The translations under genes and the position numbers were made by a program. From the NCBI GenBank assembly GCA_045661045.1, contig JAZREZ010000051.1, positions 23,903-87,902 of the forward strand: 64,000 nt of DNA, in the 5' to 3' direction. The DNA comes from Clostridia bacterium. GTDB lineage: Bacteria; Bacillota; Clostridia; Monoglobales; Monoglobaceae. Positions 41,312-51,560 of this stretch are shown here, one piece after another. Numbering within the stretch: the first letter of the stretch is position 1; each line of letters opens with the position of its first letter. The notes under the pieces are model-generated. The model searched no databases and had not been told where the DNA came from. It saw only the letters and a list, made by a program, of their open reading frames with translations.

Positions 41312-42679
41312 TTAATACGCATTTTCTAGGTTTGTTCCCGGGAAATAATGCAGCAGAATATCAACATGGCTAAAGCCGGCTTCTGCCATTCCCTTTGCGC
41401 CGTATTGGCTCATGCCTACGCTATGTCCCCAACCCGTGCCCTCAAACTGAAACACTGTATTTACGCCATTTCCCGTTGAGGTTTTGATGTTGTATTTTTT
41501 CTGACTTGTTCCGTCAGTAATAAACAAATCTGAATTTTTAAGGGTGCTTCTTCCCTTTGATGATAAAATAACTAACTCATTTATTTTAAATGAAGAATTA
41601 TTTTTTCCGTCAGTTATATATATTGAGGGTACAGTTTTTGTTCCCTCTCCGTTTCCTTTAACTGTGTATGCCTGACTCTTGGTCACAGTATTAAATATTG
41701 TCCTTGCGGCTTCTCTTTCAAATATCTTTGAGCCAAGCGAACCCGTAACCTTTAACTTAAGCACTCTGCCGTTTTCAGTATATTCAAGCGCCTCAATATT
41801 CGTAACAGTTCCCACATCATAGCCTTTATTACGCATAATGGTAGTTGCCTCATCAGAGGTAATAGTTCCCGACCAGATGCCGTTTGTAACTCCTTTGGTA
41901 TCTTCATAGCTGTTATCAACGCTCACAAGATACGGAACACTGCTTCCCCATACATTTTTAACATCTTCTGTGCGGCTTCCCATAGATGAACTGTAATAAA
42001 GTTCAGCAGGCTTTGAGTTATATGTCAAAATCTGATTGCTTGTTTCGTCAACAGGCGCGTATGACTTGTCCGTTTCAAATCTTGTGCCCGCATAAGCCTG
42101 ACAACAAACCGTGTTACAAAGGTCAAAGCCGTATTCTTTATGCTTGTTAAGATTATTTATAGCATAGTTTCTTGCGCAAACCGCCTGAGCCTTAAGTGCC
42201 TCAATGTGCCACGACGGACTCATCTCACGAGAAATTACCCCATATAAATAATTATTCAAAAAAACAACATTTGTTATTACATTTTTGCCGTTTACTCTCT
42301 TAAAATCAAGACCACCACGATATTCCTCGCCGCTTATATTAAGGCGTCTGTCCATACCGCCTTTTGTTGGAAAAATTCCTACACCCACATCCGCATCAGC
42401 AGTATGAATAACCTGTCCGTCACTATTTTTAACTGTAATATTTTCTCCGTCAAATGTAACCGTAACCTCTTTGTATATAGTTTCGCTTATCTCGGTAAAT
42501 TCGGTGCCTTTATACGAACCTATGTAAAATCCGCTCTCGGTTGTAACGCTTGCTTCATTTTTTGCACTTGAGCCGTAAAACATACCTATTCTTAAATATG
42601 ACGGAACATTATAATGAGCCGAAGCTATTGTCGGCAATAAAAACAAGACTATAGTAATAAAAGCCAAAATTCTTTTCAT
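41312..42679 (-). CDS. spoIID: SpoIID/LytB-domain lytic transglycosylase (stage II sporulation protein D family)
   Basis: Signal peptide, then AQAVCARNYA, CNTVCCQAYAG and GHSVGMSQYGAKGMA motifs. Confidence 0.8.
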   Translation of the reverse strand: MKRILAFITIVLFLLPTIASAHYNVPSYLRIGMFYGSSAKNEASVTTESGFYIGSYKGTEFTEISETIYKEVTVTFDGENITVKNSDGQVIHTADADVGVGIFPTKGGMDRRLNISGEEYRGGLDFKRVNGKNVITNVVFLNNYLYGVISREMSPSWHIEALKAQAVCARNYAINNLNKHKEYGFDLCNTVCCQAYAGTRFETDKSYAPVDETSNQILTYNSKPAELYYSSSMGSRTEDVKNVWGSSVPYLVSVDNSYEDTKGVTNGIWSGTITSDEATTIMRNKGYDVGTVTNIEALEYTENGRVLKLKVTGSLGSKIFEREAARTIFNTVTKSQAYTVKGNGEGTKTVPSIYITDGKNNSSFKINELVILSSKGRSTLKNSDLFITDGTSQKKYNIKTSTGNGVNTVFQFEGTGWGHSVGMSQYGAKGMAEAGFSHVDILLHYFPGTNLENAY

Positions 42680-42866
42680 AAAAACTCCCGCTCCTTGTGA
42701 CAAAATACATTATTATACTTTATATTACCACAAATCAAGACATTTTACCAGCAATTTTTTGAAAAACATCTGCACAAATATATTAAATTTCGATTACAAC
42801 GGCAAAGTTTTGTTTATTATGTCTAAAATATCCGCAAAATTCAAAGCATTTCATCCAAAATAACAT

Positions 42867-42895
42867 TTGACATCTTTGCGCAAATAGCATATAAT
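42867..42895 (+). promoter_or_regulatory. Perfect-consensus SigA promoter for asd-dapA-dapB-ACT: TTGACA, 17-bp spacer, TATAAT
   Basis: Reads TTGACAtctttgcgcaaatagcaTATAAT, leaving a leader of about 45 nt. Confidence 0.65.
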
Positions 42896-42948
42896 GTTTA
42901 TACTAATATAATTATGTAAAAGTGTAACTTAATAGGAGGAATTTTACA

Positions 42949-44031
42949 GTGAAACAGTTTAATGTAGGTATCATAGGCGCAACAGGTATGGTGGGACAGA
43001 GATTTATTACTCTGCTCGAAAATCATCCCTGGTTTAATCTTACTCTTCTTGCGGCTTCTCCAAGAAGCGCTGGCAAGAAATATTCTGAGGCGGTAGGTAA
43101 CCGTTGGGCTATGAGCACTCCTCTTTCTGACAAAATTGCAGATATGGTTGTATACGACGCAACTGCAGATATCGAAAAAATTGCAGCTCAGGTTGACTTT
43201 GTATTCTGTGCAGTTGATATGAAAAAGGATGAAATCAAAGCTTTGGAAGAAGCTTATGCAAAGGCTGAATGTCCTGTTGTTTCAAACAACTCAGCTCACA
43301 GACATACAGACGATGTTCCTATGATTGTTCCTGAAATCAATCCCGAACACGCTGAAATTATCGAAGCACAAAGAAAGCGTCTTGGCACAAAGCGCGGATT
43401 TATTTCTGTTAAATCAAACTGTTCACTGCAAAGCTATGTTCCGGCACTTCATCCGCTTATGAAATATGGCGTTAAAAATGTTTTGGCTTGTACTTATCAG
43501 GCAATCTCGGGAGCCGGTAAAACTTTTGAAACCTGGCCCGAAATGGTTGACAACATTATTCCATATATCGGCGGCGAAGAAGAAAAGAGCGAGGTTGAAC
43601 CGCTTAAAATCTGGGGTAAAATCGAGGGTGACAAGATTGTAGATGCAACCTCTCCCGCAATTACAACTCAGTGTTTGCGTGTTCCCGCATCCGACGGTCA
43701 TATGGCGGCTGTATTTGTAAAGTTTGACAAAAAACCTACTATTGAACAGATTAAAGAGGATTGGAAGGCGTTTAAAGGCGTTCCCCAGGAATTAGAACTT
43801 CCTTCTGCTCCTAAACAGTTCCTTAACTATTTTGAAGAAGATAATCGTCCACAGACAAAGCTTGATAGAAATTTAGAGGGCGGTATGGCCGTTTCTATGG
43901 GCAGACTCCGTGAAGATTCACAGTACGACTACAAATTTGTCTGCCTCTCACACAACACATTAAGAGGCGCTGCCGGCGGTGCAGTATTGATGGCTGAACT
44001 TTTGGCGGCAAAGGGTTATTTTGACAGATAG
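42949..44031 (+). CDS. asd: Aspartate-semialdehyde dehydrogenase
   Basis: GTG start behind TAGGAGGA. It has [12 protein letters not shown], active-site region SNCSLQS and [10 protein letters not shown]. Confidence 0.9.
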   Translation: MKQFNVGIIGATGMVGQRFITLLENHPWFNLTLLAASPRSAGKKYSEAVGNRWAMSTPLSDKIADMVVYDATADIEKIAAQVDFVFCAVDMKKDEIKALEEAYAKAECPVVSNNSAHRHTDDVPMIVPEINPEHAEIIEAQRKRLGTKRGFISVKSNCSLQSYVPALHPLMKYGVKNVLACTYQAISGAGKTFETWPEMVDNIIPYIGGEEEKSEVEPLKIWGKIEGDKIVDATSPAITTQCLRVPASDGHMAAVFVKFDKKPTIEQIKEDWKAFKGVPQELELPSAPKQFLNYFEEDNRPQTKLDRNLEGGMAVSMGRLREDSQYDYKFVCLSHNTLRGAAGGAVLMAELLAAKGYFDR

Positions 44032-44056
44032 ATTTTTTAGAAAGGATGGATTTTTA

Positions 44057-44941
44057 ATGAAGACTCCTATTTTTACAGGCTCCGCTGTTGCAATCATTAC
44101 TCCTTTTACCGAAAATGGTATTGATTTCGCAAAGCTTGAAGAGCTTATCGAATTCCATATTGCAAACTCAACCGATGCTATCGTTATCTGCGGAACAACA
44201 GGTGAAGCATCTACTATGCCCGACCCTGAACACAAAGAAGCTATTCGCTTTACTGTAGAAAAGGTTGCAGGTCGTATTCCCGTAATTGCAGGCTCCGGCA
44301 GTAACGATACCGTTCACGCAATTGAGCTTAGTCAGTATGCAGCCTCTGTCGGCGTTGACGGACTTTTAGTTGTTACACCTTATTACAACAAAACAACTCA
44401 GCACGGCTTATATCTTCACACAAAGGCAATAGCCGAAAGCGTTAATGTTCCTATTATTTTATATAATATCCCCGGTCGCACGGGAGGACTTTCATTCTCG
44501 ATGGAAACTCTTAAAAAGCTTGCCGAGATTGAGAACATCAACGGCATTAAGGAAGCAACCGGCGATGTAGCTTTTGCGGCACAGATTGCGGCTGAAACCG
44601 ACCTTAACATATATGCGGGCAACGATGACATAATTGTTCCTATTATGTCAATCGGCGGCAAAGGCGTTATCTCTGTTCTTGCAAATATTGCTCCTAAAGA
44701 TACTCACGATATATGTGCAAAATTTATCGAGGGCGATGTTAATGCATCTAAAGATTTGTTCTTAAAATATTTGCCTCTTATCAAGGCTTTGTTTATAGAG
44801 GTTAATCCTATCCCCGTAAAGACTGCAATGAATATTTTAGGCTACAATGTAGGTCCGTTCAGAATGCCTCTTTGCGACATGATGCCAAACAACAAGGCAT
44901 TTTTAGAAAATCTTCTTAAAGATTACGGGCTTTTAAAATAA
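44057..44941 (+). CDS. dapA: 4-hydroxy-tetrahydrodipicolinate synthase
   Basis: [17 protein letters not shown] start, [15 protein letters not shown] and [10 protein letters not shown] motifs. Confidence 0.95.
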   Translation: MKTPIFTGSAVAIITPFTENGIDFAKLEELIEFHIANSTDAIVICGTTGEASTMPDPEHKEAIRFTVEKVAGRIPVIAGSGSNDTVHAIELSQYAASVGVDGLLVVTPYYNKTTQHGLYLHTKAIAESVNVPIILYNIPGRTGGLSFSMETLKKLAEIENINGIKEATGDVAFAAQIAAETDLNIYAGNDDIIVPIMSIGGKGVISVLANIAPKDTHDICAKFIEGDVNASKDLFLKYLPLIKALFIEVNPIPVKTAMNILGYNVGPFRMPLCDMMPNNKAFLENLLKDYGLLK

Positions 44942-44956
44942 CAAAAGGTGATACAA

Positions 44957-45712
44957 ATGACAAATATACTTTTATGCGGTGCCGGCGGAAAGATGGGGCA
45001 CGCTGTGGCAAGAGTTGCCGAAAGCAATACTGATGTTAATATTGTTGCAGGCTTTGATATTTCCGTGCCAAGCGATGTTAAATTCCCCGTTTATACTTCG
45101 CTTTCAGAGGTTTCTGAAAGTATCGATGTTATAATCGACTTTTCGCATCCGTCACTTACCGACTTGATACTTGATTATGCGCTGACTAAAAAAATCCCCG
45201 CAGTAATCTGTACAACAGGGCTTTCAAACGAACAGCTTGCAAGAATTAACCAAGCGGCTGACACAATTCCGGTCTTCTTCTCTGCAAATATGTCACTTGG
45301 CGTAAATCTGCTTATTGATTTAGTAAAAAAGGCATCAAAGCTTTTAGAGGATAATTTTGATATCGAGATTATTGAAAAACATCACAATCTAAAAATTGAT
45401 GCGCCAAGCGGAACGGCACTTGCAATAGCTGATGCGATTTCGGATTCTGTATCTTACGAAGCTGAGTATACCTATGACAGACATTCTGTAAGACAAAAGC
45501 GTGATAAAAAAGAAATAGGTATTCACGCAGTTCGAGGCGGCACAATTGTTGGTGAACATTCTGTTATTTTTGCAGGATGTGACGAGGTAATTGAGCTTAA
45601 GCATACCGCTACCTCAAAAGAGGTTTTTGCAGTCGGGGCAGTTAAGGCTGCAGTATTTTTAAAAGCAAAAGAACCCGGCTTTTATGCTATGAAAGATTTA
45701 ATCGCTCAATAA
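44957..45712 (+). CDS. dapB: 4-hydroxy-tetrahydrodipicolinate reductase
   Basis: GAGGKMG and EKHHNLKIDAPSGTA motifs. Confidence 0.95.
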   Translation: MTNILLCGAGGKMGHAVARVAESNTDVNIVAGFDISVPSDVKFPVYTSLSEVSESIDVIIDFSHPSLTDLILDYALTKKIPAVICTTGLSNEQLARINQAADTIPVFFSANMSLGVNLLIDLVKKASKLLEDNFDIEIIEKHHNLKIDAPSGTALAIADAISDSVSYEAEYTYDRHSVRQKRDKKEIGIHAVRGGTIVGEHSVIFAGCDEVIELKHTATSKEVFAVGAVKAAVFLKAKEPGFYAMKDLIAQ

Positions 45713-45727
45713 GAAAGGCTTGATAAT

Positions 45728-46180
45728 ATGATTAAGACTATTACTACCGTAAGTTATCTTGAAGATGTGGCACTTGTCACTGTCAATAATATTCCAAACA
45801 GCACAAAAAATGTTTCGCTTATATTAAACGAAATTGCAAGTCGTGATATTACTGTCGATATGATATGCCAGACCGCACCTTATAAGGATAAAATCAATCT
45901 GTCTTTCACGGTTCCGCAAGATAGCCTTGGAGATTTGATTGCTACAACTCCCGCTTTTAAAAAGCTGAGTCCTGAAATTTCTACCGATTTAAACGGCAAC
46001 AACACAAAGTTTATTTTAATCGGAGAGGGTATGCGAAATACATCAGGTGTTGCGGCAGAGCTTTTTGAGTTGCTTGCCGAAAACGACATCAAAGTTAAAC
46101 TCATCACTACCGGCGAAACTGAAATTTCTTGCTTGATTGATATAAAAGATGTAGAAAAAACAAAAGAGTTACTTAAATAA
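45728..46180 (+). CDS. Stand-alone tandem ACT-domain protein resembling the aspartokinase regulatory (beta-subunit) region
   Basis: 150 aa. ILIGEGMRNTSGVAAELFELLAENDIKVKLITTGETEISCLI is aspartokinase C-terminus-like. There is no kinase domain. Confidence 0.65.
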   Translation: MIKTITTVSYLEDVALVTVNNIPNSTKNVSLILNEIASRDITVDMICQTAPYKDKINLSFTVPQDSLGDLIATTPAFKKLSPEISTDLNGNNTKFILIGEGMRNTSGVAAELFELLAENDIKVKLITTGETEISCLIDIKDVEKTKELLK

Positions 46181-46183
46181 TTC

Positions 46184-46216
46184 AAAAGGCTGAACGATTT
46201 AATTCGTTCAGCCTTT
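46184..46216. terminator. Bidirectional intrinsic terminator
   Basis: AAAA-GGCTGAACGA-tttaat-TCGTTCAGCC-TTT. Confidence 0.8.
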
Positions 46217-46221
46217 ATATT

Positions 46222-47397
46222 TTAGTGGTGGAAAAGACGAATTCCCGTAAATGACATTGCAATGCCATATTTGTTACATGTTTCAATAACATTGTCATCT
46301 CTTATTGAGCCACCGGGTTGTGCAATTACTGTAACGCCCGACTTGTGTGCTCTTTCAATGTTATCACCAAACGGGAAGAATGCATCAGAGCCAAGTGCTA
46401 CATCTGTATTTTTAGCGAGCCATTCTCTCTGCTCTTCCTTGGTAAATACCGGAGGCTTTACCTTGAATATATTCTCCCATGCGCCGTCTTTTAAAACATC
46501 CATATATTCATCCGAGATATAAACATCTATCGCGTTATCTCTGTCAGCTCTCTTGATGCCGTCAACAAACTCAAGGCTCAATACCTGAGGTGCCTGACGA
46601 AGCCACCATATATCAGCTTTATTACCTGCAAGACGGGTGCAGTGAATTCTTGACTGCTGACCTGCACCGATACCGATTGCCTGACCATCTTTTACATAGC
46701 AAACACTGTTTGACTGTGTATATTTTAAGGTAATCAAAGAAATTACAAGGTCTCTCTTTTGTGCATCTGTCATTTCTTTTTTATCGGTTACTACATTCAA
46801 AAGAAGCTCATTGTCAATCTTTAATTCGTTTCTGCCCTGCTCAAATGTAATACCAAACACCTGCTTGCGTTCAATTGGAGCTGGAACATAATTTTCATCA
46901 ATCTGAATTACATTATAGTTTCCGTTTCTCTTACCCTTTAAAATCTCAAGAGCCTCGTCTGTGTATCCCGGAGCAATAACACCATCAGATACTTCCTTTG
47001 CGATAAGCTGTGCAGTTGCCTTATCACAAACATCAGAAAGCGAAATAAAATCACCGAATGATGACATTCTGTCTGCGCCTCTTGCTCTTGCATAAGCGTT
47101 TGCAAGGGGAGTCATTTCGATACTGTCATCTACAAAATAAATCTTTTTAAGTGTATCAGAGAGCGGAAGTCCAACTGCCGCACCTGCAGGTGATACATGC
47201 TTAAATGAAGTTGCGGCAGGAAGTCCCGTTGCCGCCTTTAATTCCTTAACAAGCTGCCAGCCGTTAAGTGCGTCAAGCAAATTGATATATCCGGGCTTTC
47301 CGCAAAGCACGGTAAAGGGAAGCTCACCGTTTTCAATAAACACTTTTGAAGGCTTCTGGTTGGGGTTACAACCATATTTAAGTTCCATCTCTGTCAT
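46222..47397 (-). CDS. purH: AICAR formyltransferase (PurH C-terminal domain only, no MGS-like cyclohydrolase domain)
   Basis: 391 aa starting LKYGCNPNQKPS, with SFKHVSPAGAAVG and a C-terminal GIRLFHH. Confidence 0.85.
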   Translation of the reverse strand: MTEMELKYGCNPNQKPSKVFIENGELPFTVLCGKPGYINLLDALNGWQLVKELKAATGLPAATSFKHVSPAGAAVGLPLSDTLKKIYFVDDSIEMTPLANAYARARGADRMSSFGDFISLSDVCDKATAQLIAKEVSDGVIAPGYTDEALEILKGKRNGNYNVIQIDENYVPAPIERKQVFGITFEQGRNELKIDNELLLNVVTDKKEMTDAQKRDLVISLITLKYTQSNSVCYVKDGQAIGIGAGQQSRIHCTRLAGNKADIWWLRQAPQVLSLEFVDGIKRADRDNAIDVYISDEYMDVLKDGAWENIFKVKPPVFTKEEQREWLAKNTDVALGSDAFFPFGDNIERAHKSGVTVIAQPGGSIRDDNVIETCNKYGIAMSFTGIRLFHH

Positions 47398-47409
47398 TTT
47401 TATATCCTC

Positions 47410-48114
47410 CTATTTATTCTTGTTTATAATCTTTGAAGTTGCCTCGCCCGTTTTTAAGTCTATATATCTTACAAACAAGGATACCTTATTTTCTTCGTTA
47501 AGATTTTCCCATAAATTATTTGCAAATTCCTCTAAATCGTCACAGGTTTCAATCTGTTTTGGTTCTCCGCAAAAGCTTGGAAGCGGATTTCCGTCACCCA
47601 TATATGTATGAATAAAATGTCCCTGACCATTTATTGGATTCTCAAATGCAAAAGTATTTCTTCTGCAAGATGCGGGGTTTCCATCTGCACTCTTTAAAAT
47701 CGACATTGCATAATTATATGTTTCATTTTCAATGTGCATAATACCCGAAATTCTTGGTGTGAAGTTTGGAGCATCAGGCTCAAACTCACGGGTTCTGAGA
47801 GCCTGCTCAAATGTCATCTGCTTATCCATAAGCTCAAATATTGTATCGGTCTGGTCGCCGTTTGTAACAATCGTTTTGTTGCCCAGCACACGAACGGGCG
47901 AATAAATGATAAGTGACGGATCCTCAAGCTTTGATTCGTCAAATGCCTGAGTTTTAATTCCGCAGCCATCCTCTACAAATATGCGGTTACGGCTGTTTGA
48001 ACTTCTGCCCATAATGAAATATGCCGTCACGGCAAACTTTCCGTTCGGAGATTTACCAATAATTATTCCTCTGCCCGGATATGAATTTGATTTAAGTTCT
48101 TCGTAAATATTCAT
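47410..48114 (-). CDS. purO: PurO-type (archaeal-like) IMP cyclohydrolase
   Basis: MNIYEELKSNSYPGRGIIIGKSPNGKFAVTAYFIMGRSSNSRNRIF. Confidence 0.75.
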   Translation of the reverse strand: MNIYEELKSNSYPGRGIIIGKSPNGKFAVTAYFIMGRSSNSRNRIFVEDGCGIKTQAFDESKLEDPSLIIYSPVRVLGNKTIVTNGDQTDTIFELMDKQMTFEQALRTREFEPDAPNFTPRISGIMHIENETYNYAMSILKSADGNPASCRRNTFAFENPINGQGHFIHTYMGDGNPLPSFCGEPKQIETCDDLEEFANNLWENLNEENKVSLFVRYIDLKTGEATSKIINKNK

Positions 48115-48116
48115 CT

Positions 48117-48719
48117 TTATCTCCCTTTCTCTAACTCTACGCATAATTTTTCAACTGCCTGAGGCAGTATTTTCCACTCTGCTTCTTCCATTACTCTGCG
48201 CTGAAGAGTTTCTGCAGTATCATTTTCTTCAATATATACTGCTTTCTGAATTAAGATTTTTCCGCCGTCGGTAATCTCATTCACAAGATGAGCGGTTGCG
48301 CCAGTTACCTTTACTCCGTAATCAAGTGCCGCCTGATGAACCTTTAAGCCATAAAAGCCATCTCCGCAAAACGACGGAATAAGTGACGGGTGAATATTTA
48401 TTATTCTATCCCGATATGCATCTATAAAATCACTTTTAAGAATAGCTAAAAATCCCGCAAGAACAACTATATCAACATTTTTGCTCTGCATATAATCTCT
48501 AAGCGCTCGGTCAAAATCCTCTGCTGTTTCATAATCCTTTTTAAGAATTACTTTGTTATCAATTCCAGCGTTTTCTGCACGAGTCAGTGCATATACATCG
48601 CTTTTGTTCGAAACAACCGTTACAATTCTGCCGTTTTTTAAAATTCCGTCTTTTTGTGCATCAATAAGTGCCTGAAGATTAGTTCCTCCACCCGACACAA
48701 GTACGCCGATATTCACCAT
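48117..48719 (-). CDS. purN: Phosphoribosylglycinamide formyltransferase
   Basis: VLVSGGGTNLQALID and INIHPSLIPSF motifs. Confidence 0.95.
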   Translation of the reverse strand: MVNIGVLVSGGGTNLQALIDAQKDGILKNGRIVTVVSNKSDVYALTRAENAGIDNKVILKKDYETAEDFDRALRDYMQSKNVDIVVLAGFLAILKSDFIDAYRDRIINIHPSLIPSFCGDGFYGLKVHQAALDYGVKVTGATAHLVNEITDGGKILIQKAVYIEENDTAETLQRRVMEEAEWKILPQAVEKLCVELEKGR

Positions 48720-49783
48720 TATTTTATAACCTCGCCCGTTTCATCGTTAACGATTTCAACGCCCTTTTCTCCTACTTTAAGCTCACCGATTATGTATGCA
48801 GTTTCGCCCGCATCTTTAAGACAATTGAGCGCTTTTTCTGCCTTTTCTTTATCAACTGCAACAATCATACCTATACCCATATTAAAGGTATTATACATAT
48901 CACGCTCAGCTATGCCTGATTTTTCCTGCATCATATCAAATACAGGAAGTATCTCCCAGCTACCCTTATGTATAACTGCAGTTAAACCATCGGGTAACAT
49001 TCTCGGAACATTCTCAATAAATCCGCCACCTGTAATATGCGAAACTGTATTTATACCAACCTCTTCAATAAGCTTTAAAAGCGGTTTTACATAAATTTTA
49101 GTTGGTGTCAAAAGCTCTTCGCCGATGGTTTTGCCAAGCTTTTCTGAATAAACGCTAAGCTTTTCTTTAGCATCAGCATCATTAAGTCCGAAAACCTTTC
49201 TTACAAGAGAATATCCGTTTGAGTGAATTCCGCTTGATGCTATACCGATTAAAACATCACCCGCTTTTGCGCGGTCACCGTCGGTAATCTTTGATTTTTC
49301 AACTACACCTACACTAAAGCCGGCTAAATCATATTCGTCTACAGGATAAAATCCCGGCATTTCTGCAGTTTCACCGCCAACCAAAGCGCAACCTGCCTGA
49401 AGACAACCGTCTGCAACGCCCTTTACAATTTGCGCTACCTTTTCGGGAACATTTTTGCCAACTGCAAGATAGTCAAGGAAAAACAAAGGCTTTGCACCCG
49501 AGCACGCAACATCATTTACACACATTGCAACGCAATCCTGACCAATCGTATCGTGCTTGTCCATTAAAAATGCAACCCTTAATTTTGTACCAACACCATC
49601 GGTGCCTGATACCAATACGGGATTTTCATAACCTTTTGGCATTTCAAAGAGCCCGCCAAAGCCGCCTATACCGCCAAGAACTCCCTCTATTGCAGTTTTC
49701 TTAACATCTTCCTTTATAAGTCTTACCGACTCATACCCTGCTTCTACATCTACGCCCGCAGACTTATACGCATTCTCACTCAT
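48719..49783 (-). CDS. purM: Phosphoribosylformylglycinamidine cyclo-ligase (AIR synthetase)
   Basis: [10 protein letters not shown] and [10 protein letters not shown] motifs. Confidence 0.95.
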   Translation of the reverse strand: MSENAYKSAGVDVEAGYESVRLIKEDVKKTAIEGVLGGIGGFGGLFEMPKGYENPVLVSGTDGVGTKLRVAFLMDKHDTIGQDCVAMCVNDVACSGAKPLFFLDYLAVGKNVPEKVAQIVKGVADGCLQAGCALVGGETAEMPGFYPVDEYDLAGFSVGVVEKSKITDGDRAKAGDVLIGIASSGIHSNGYSLVRKVFGLNDADAKEKLSVYSEKLGKTIGEELLTPTKIYVKPLLKLIEEVGINTVSHITGGGFIENVPRMLPDGLTAVIHKGSWEILPVFDMMQEKSGIAERDMYNTFNMGIGMIVAVDKEKAEKALNCLKDAGETAYIIGELKVGEKGVEIVNDETGEVIK

Positions 49784-49801
49784 TTTTATACTTCCTTTCT
49801 G

Positions 49802-50296
49802 TTATAGCTCTTTGACCATTTCTTTGATTTTTATATTTTTAGCCGCAACGCCGTCTGCCATTTTCTGTTTGGCATCCTTTAAGGCTTGCTTTAAATAATC
49901 ATATTTAAGTGACAGCATTTGCGCCGCAAGTATCGCCGCATTTGTGCCATTATCAACACCAACGGTTGCAACGGGAATACCCGGTGGCATCTGTACTGTC
50001 GCAAGAAGTGCATCCATTCCGTCAAATGTTGACTTAATTGGTACGCCGATTACGGGAACTATTGTATGTGCCGCAAGGACACCTCCTAAATGCGCCGCCA
50101 TACCTGCCGCCGCAATAATAACCTCTATTCCGTTCTCCTCTGCGGTTTTTGAAAATTCAGCCGCTGCATCGGGAGTTCTGTGAGCAGAGATTACGTTCAC
50201 ATCTACCTCAATATCAAATTCCTTTAATTTAGTTACACAGCTCTTTAATTTTTCAAAATCAGAATCAGAGCCCATAACTATTGCTACCTTTGGCAT
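49802..50296 (-). CDS. purE: N5-carboxyaminoimidazole ribonucleotide mutase
   Basis: MGSDSD and AAGMAAHLGGVLAA motifs. Start is at ATG 50296. Confidence 0.9.
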   Translation of the reverse strand: MPKVAIVMGSDSDFEKLKSCVTKLKEFDIEVDVNVISAHRTPDAAAEFSKTAEENGIEVIIAAAGMAAHLGGVLAAHTIVPVIGVPIKSTFDGMDALLATVQMPPGIPVATVGVDNGTNAAILAAQMLSLKYDYLKQALKDAKQKMADGVAAKNIKIKEMVKEL

Positions 50297-50301
50297 TTTT
50301 A

Positions 50302-50766
50302 TCAATCCTTTCGTTTATATTCAAGCATATCTTCCGTTATGTCATTTATCTTTTGTAAATATCTTGAGGCTTCATCTTTTGCAAGAGCCAAATCAAGATT
50401 TTTGTAATTTCCGCATTCAACAGCTGAATTACCCGGCATATCACCGCTATATTCAATTATCTGTTTCAAGCTTTCTTTTATAAGAGCAACTACCGCCTTG
50501 TGATTTTGAGTCCGCATCAGCAGATAAAATCCCGTCTGGCAACCCATAGGTCCAAAATATATAACCTCATCCTTCATAGGTGAATTTCTTACAACTGTTG
50601 CAAACATATGCTCAAGCGAATGCATTGCACCATTTGAAATCAAATCGTCAGTATTGGGCTTTCTCATTCTTAAATCATATGTGGTTATATCACCATCAAT
50701 CCTTGAAATGTATATTCCCTCTGTCAGAATTGTATGGTCTACCGTAAAACTGGCTATTTTATTCAT
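50302..50766 (-). CDS. luxS: S-ribosylhomocysteine lyase
   Basis: SFTVDHT, metal site HSLEHMFA and FGPMGCQTGFY motifs. Confidence 0.9.
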   Translation of the reverse strand: MNKIASFTVDHTILTEGIYISRIDGDITTYDLRMRKPNTDDLISNGAMHSLEHMFATVVRNSPMKDEVIYFGPMGCQTGFYLLMRTQNHKAVVALIKESLKQIIEYSGDMPGNSAVECGNYKNLDLALAKDEASRYLQKINDITEDMLEYKRKD

Positions 50767-51551
50767 ATAAGTTTTACCGCCTCTTTTATGATACTTTTCA
50801 TTTTTTCAAGACCTGCTTTTTCTGCACTGTCAATAACCTCACGGTTTAGTCCGCCGTTTTCAAGACCTGCCGCCATATTGGTAACACAAGACAATCCAAG
50901 AATTTTTATTCCGCAATGCGCAGCCGTTATAACCTCAGGAACTGTTGACATACCTACCAAATCCGCTCCTAAAATCTTAAGCATCTTAATTTCTGCAGGG
51001 GTTTCAAACTGAGGCCCGCTCATAAACGCATAAACACCCTCTTTAAGATTATAATGCGCTGAAAGCGTTTTCCTAAGAGCTGCATCATAGGCGTTGGTCA
51101 TATCAAAAAACCTATCGCCCAATTCAGAATTATTTTTGCCACGCAATGGACTGTCAGCAGAAAATTTAATATGGTCTTTTATCAGTATAATATCTGCGGG
51201 AGAATATTCTTCATTCACTGCGCCTGATGCGTTGGTAACAATAATAGTTTCAACACCAAGTTCATAAAGCACCTGAACCGGCATTGCAAGTTGCTTCATA
51301 GTGTAGCCTTCATAATAATGAAATCTTCCACACATAACAATCACAGGAACACCTGAAATTGTACCCACCTTAAATTTACCATCGTGACCTATTACAGTCG
51401 AAACCGGAAATTCGGGAACATCTGCATAATCAATATAAACCGCATCTTCAACGAGGTCAGCTACTCCGCCAAGCCCCGTTCCGAGAATTATAGCAATCCT
51501 TGGGGCAAGTGTTATCCTGCCCCTTATATATTCTGCCGCTCTTTTATACAT
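50763..51551 (-). CDS. punA: Purine nucleoside phosphorylase (PunA/PNP family 2)
   Basis: ILGTGLGG, GRFHYYEGY and VGMSTVPEV motifs. Confidence 0.85.
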   Translation of the reverse strand: MYKRAAEYIRGRITLAPRIAIILGTGLGGVADLVEDAVYIDYADVPEFPVSTVIGHDGKFKVGTISGVPVIVMCGRFHYYEGYTMKQLAMPVQVLYELGVETIIVTNASGAVNEEYSPADIILIKDHIKFSADSPLRGKNNSELGDRFFDMTNAYDAALRKTLSAHYNLKEGVYAFMSGPQFETPAEIKMLKILGADLVGMSTVPEVITAAHCGIKILGLSCVTNMAAGLENGGLNREVIDSAEKAGLEKMKSIIKEAVKLI

Positions 51552-51560
51552 AATAACTCC

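Noticed and set aside
42704-42948. Looked for an L-box here. Also looked for a purine riboswitch (55320..55400), a SAM riboswitch upstream of metK (24981..24993) and a T-box upstream of thrS (33046..33059).
   Set aside because: The leaders are too short or too AT-rich and unstructured, and no conserved riboswitch core sequences were seen. Only a covariance-model scan could fully exclude them.
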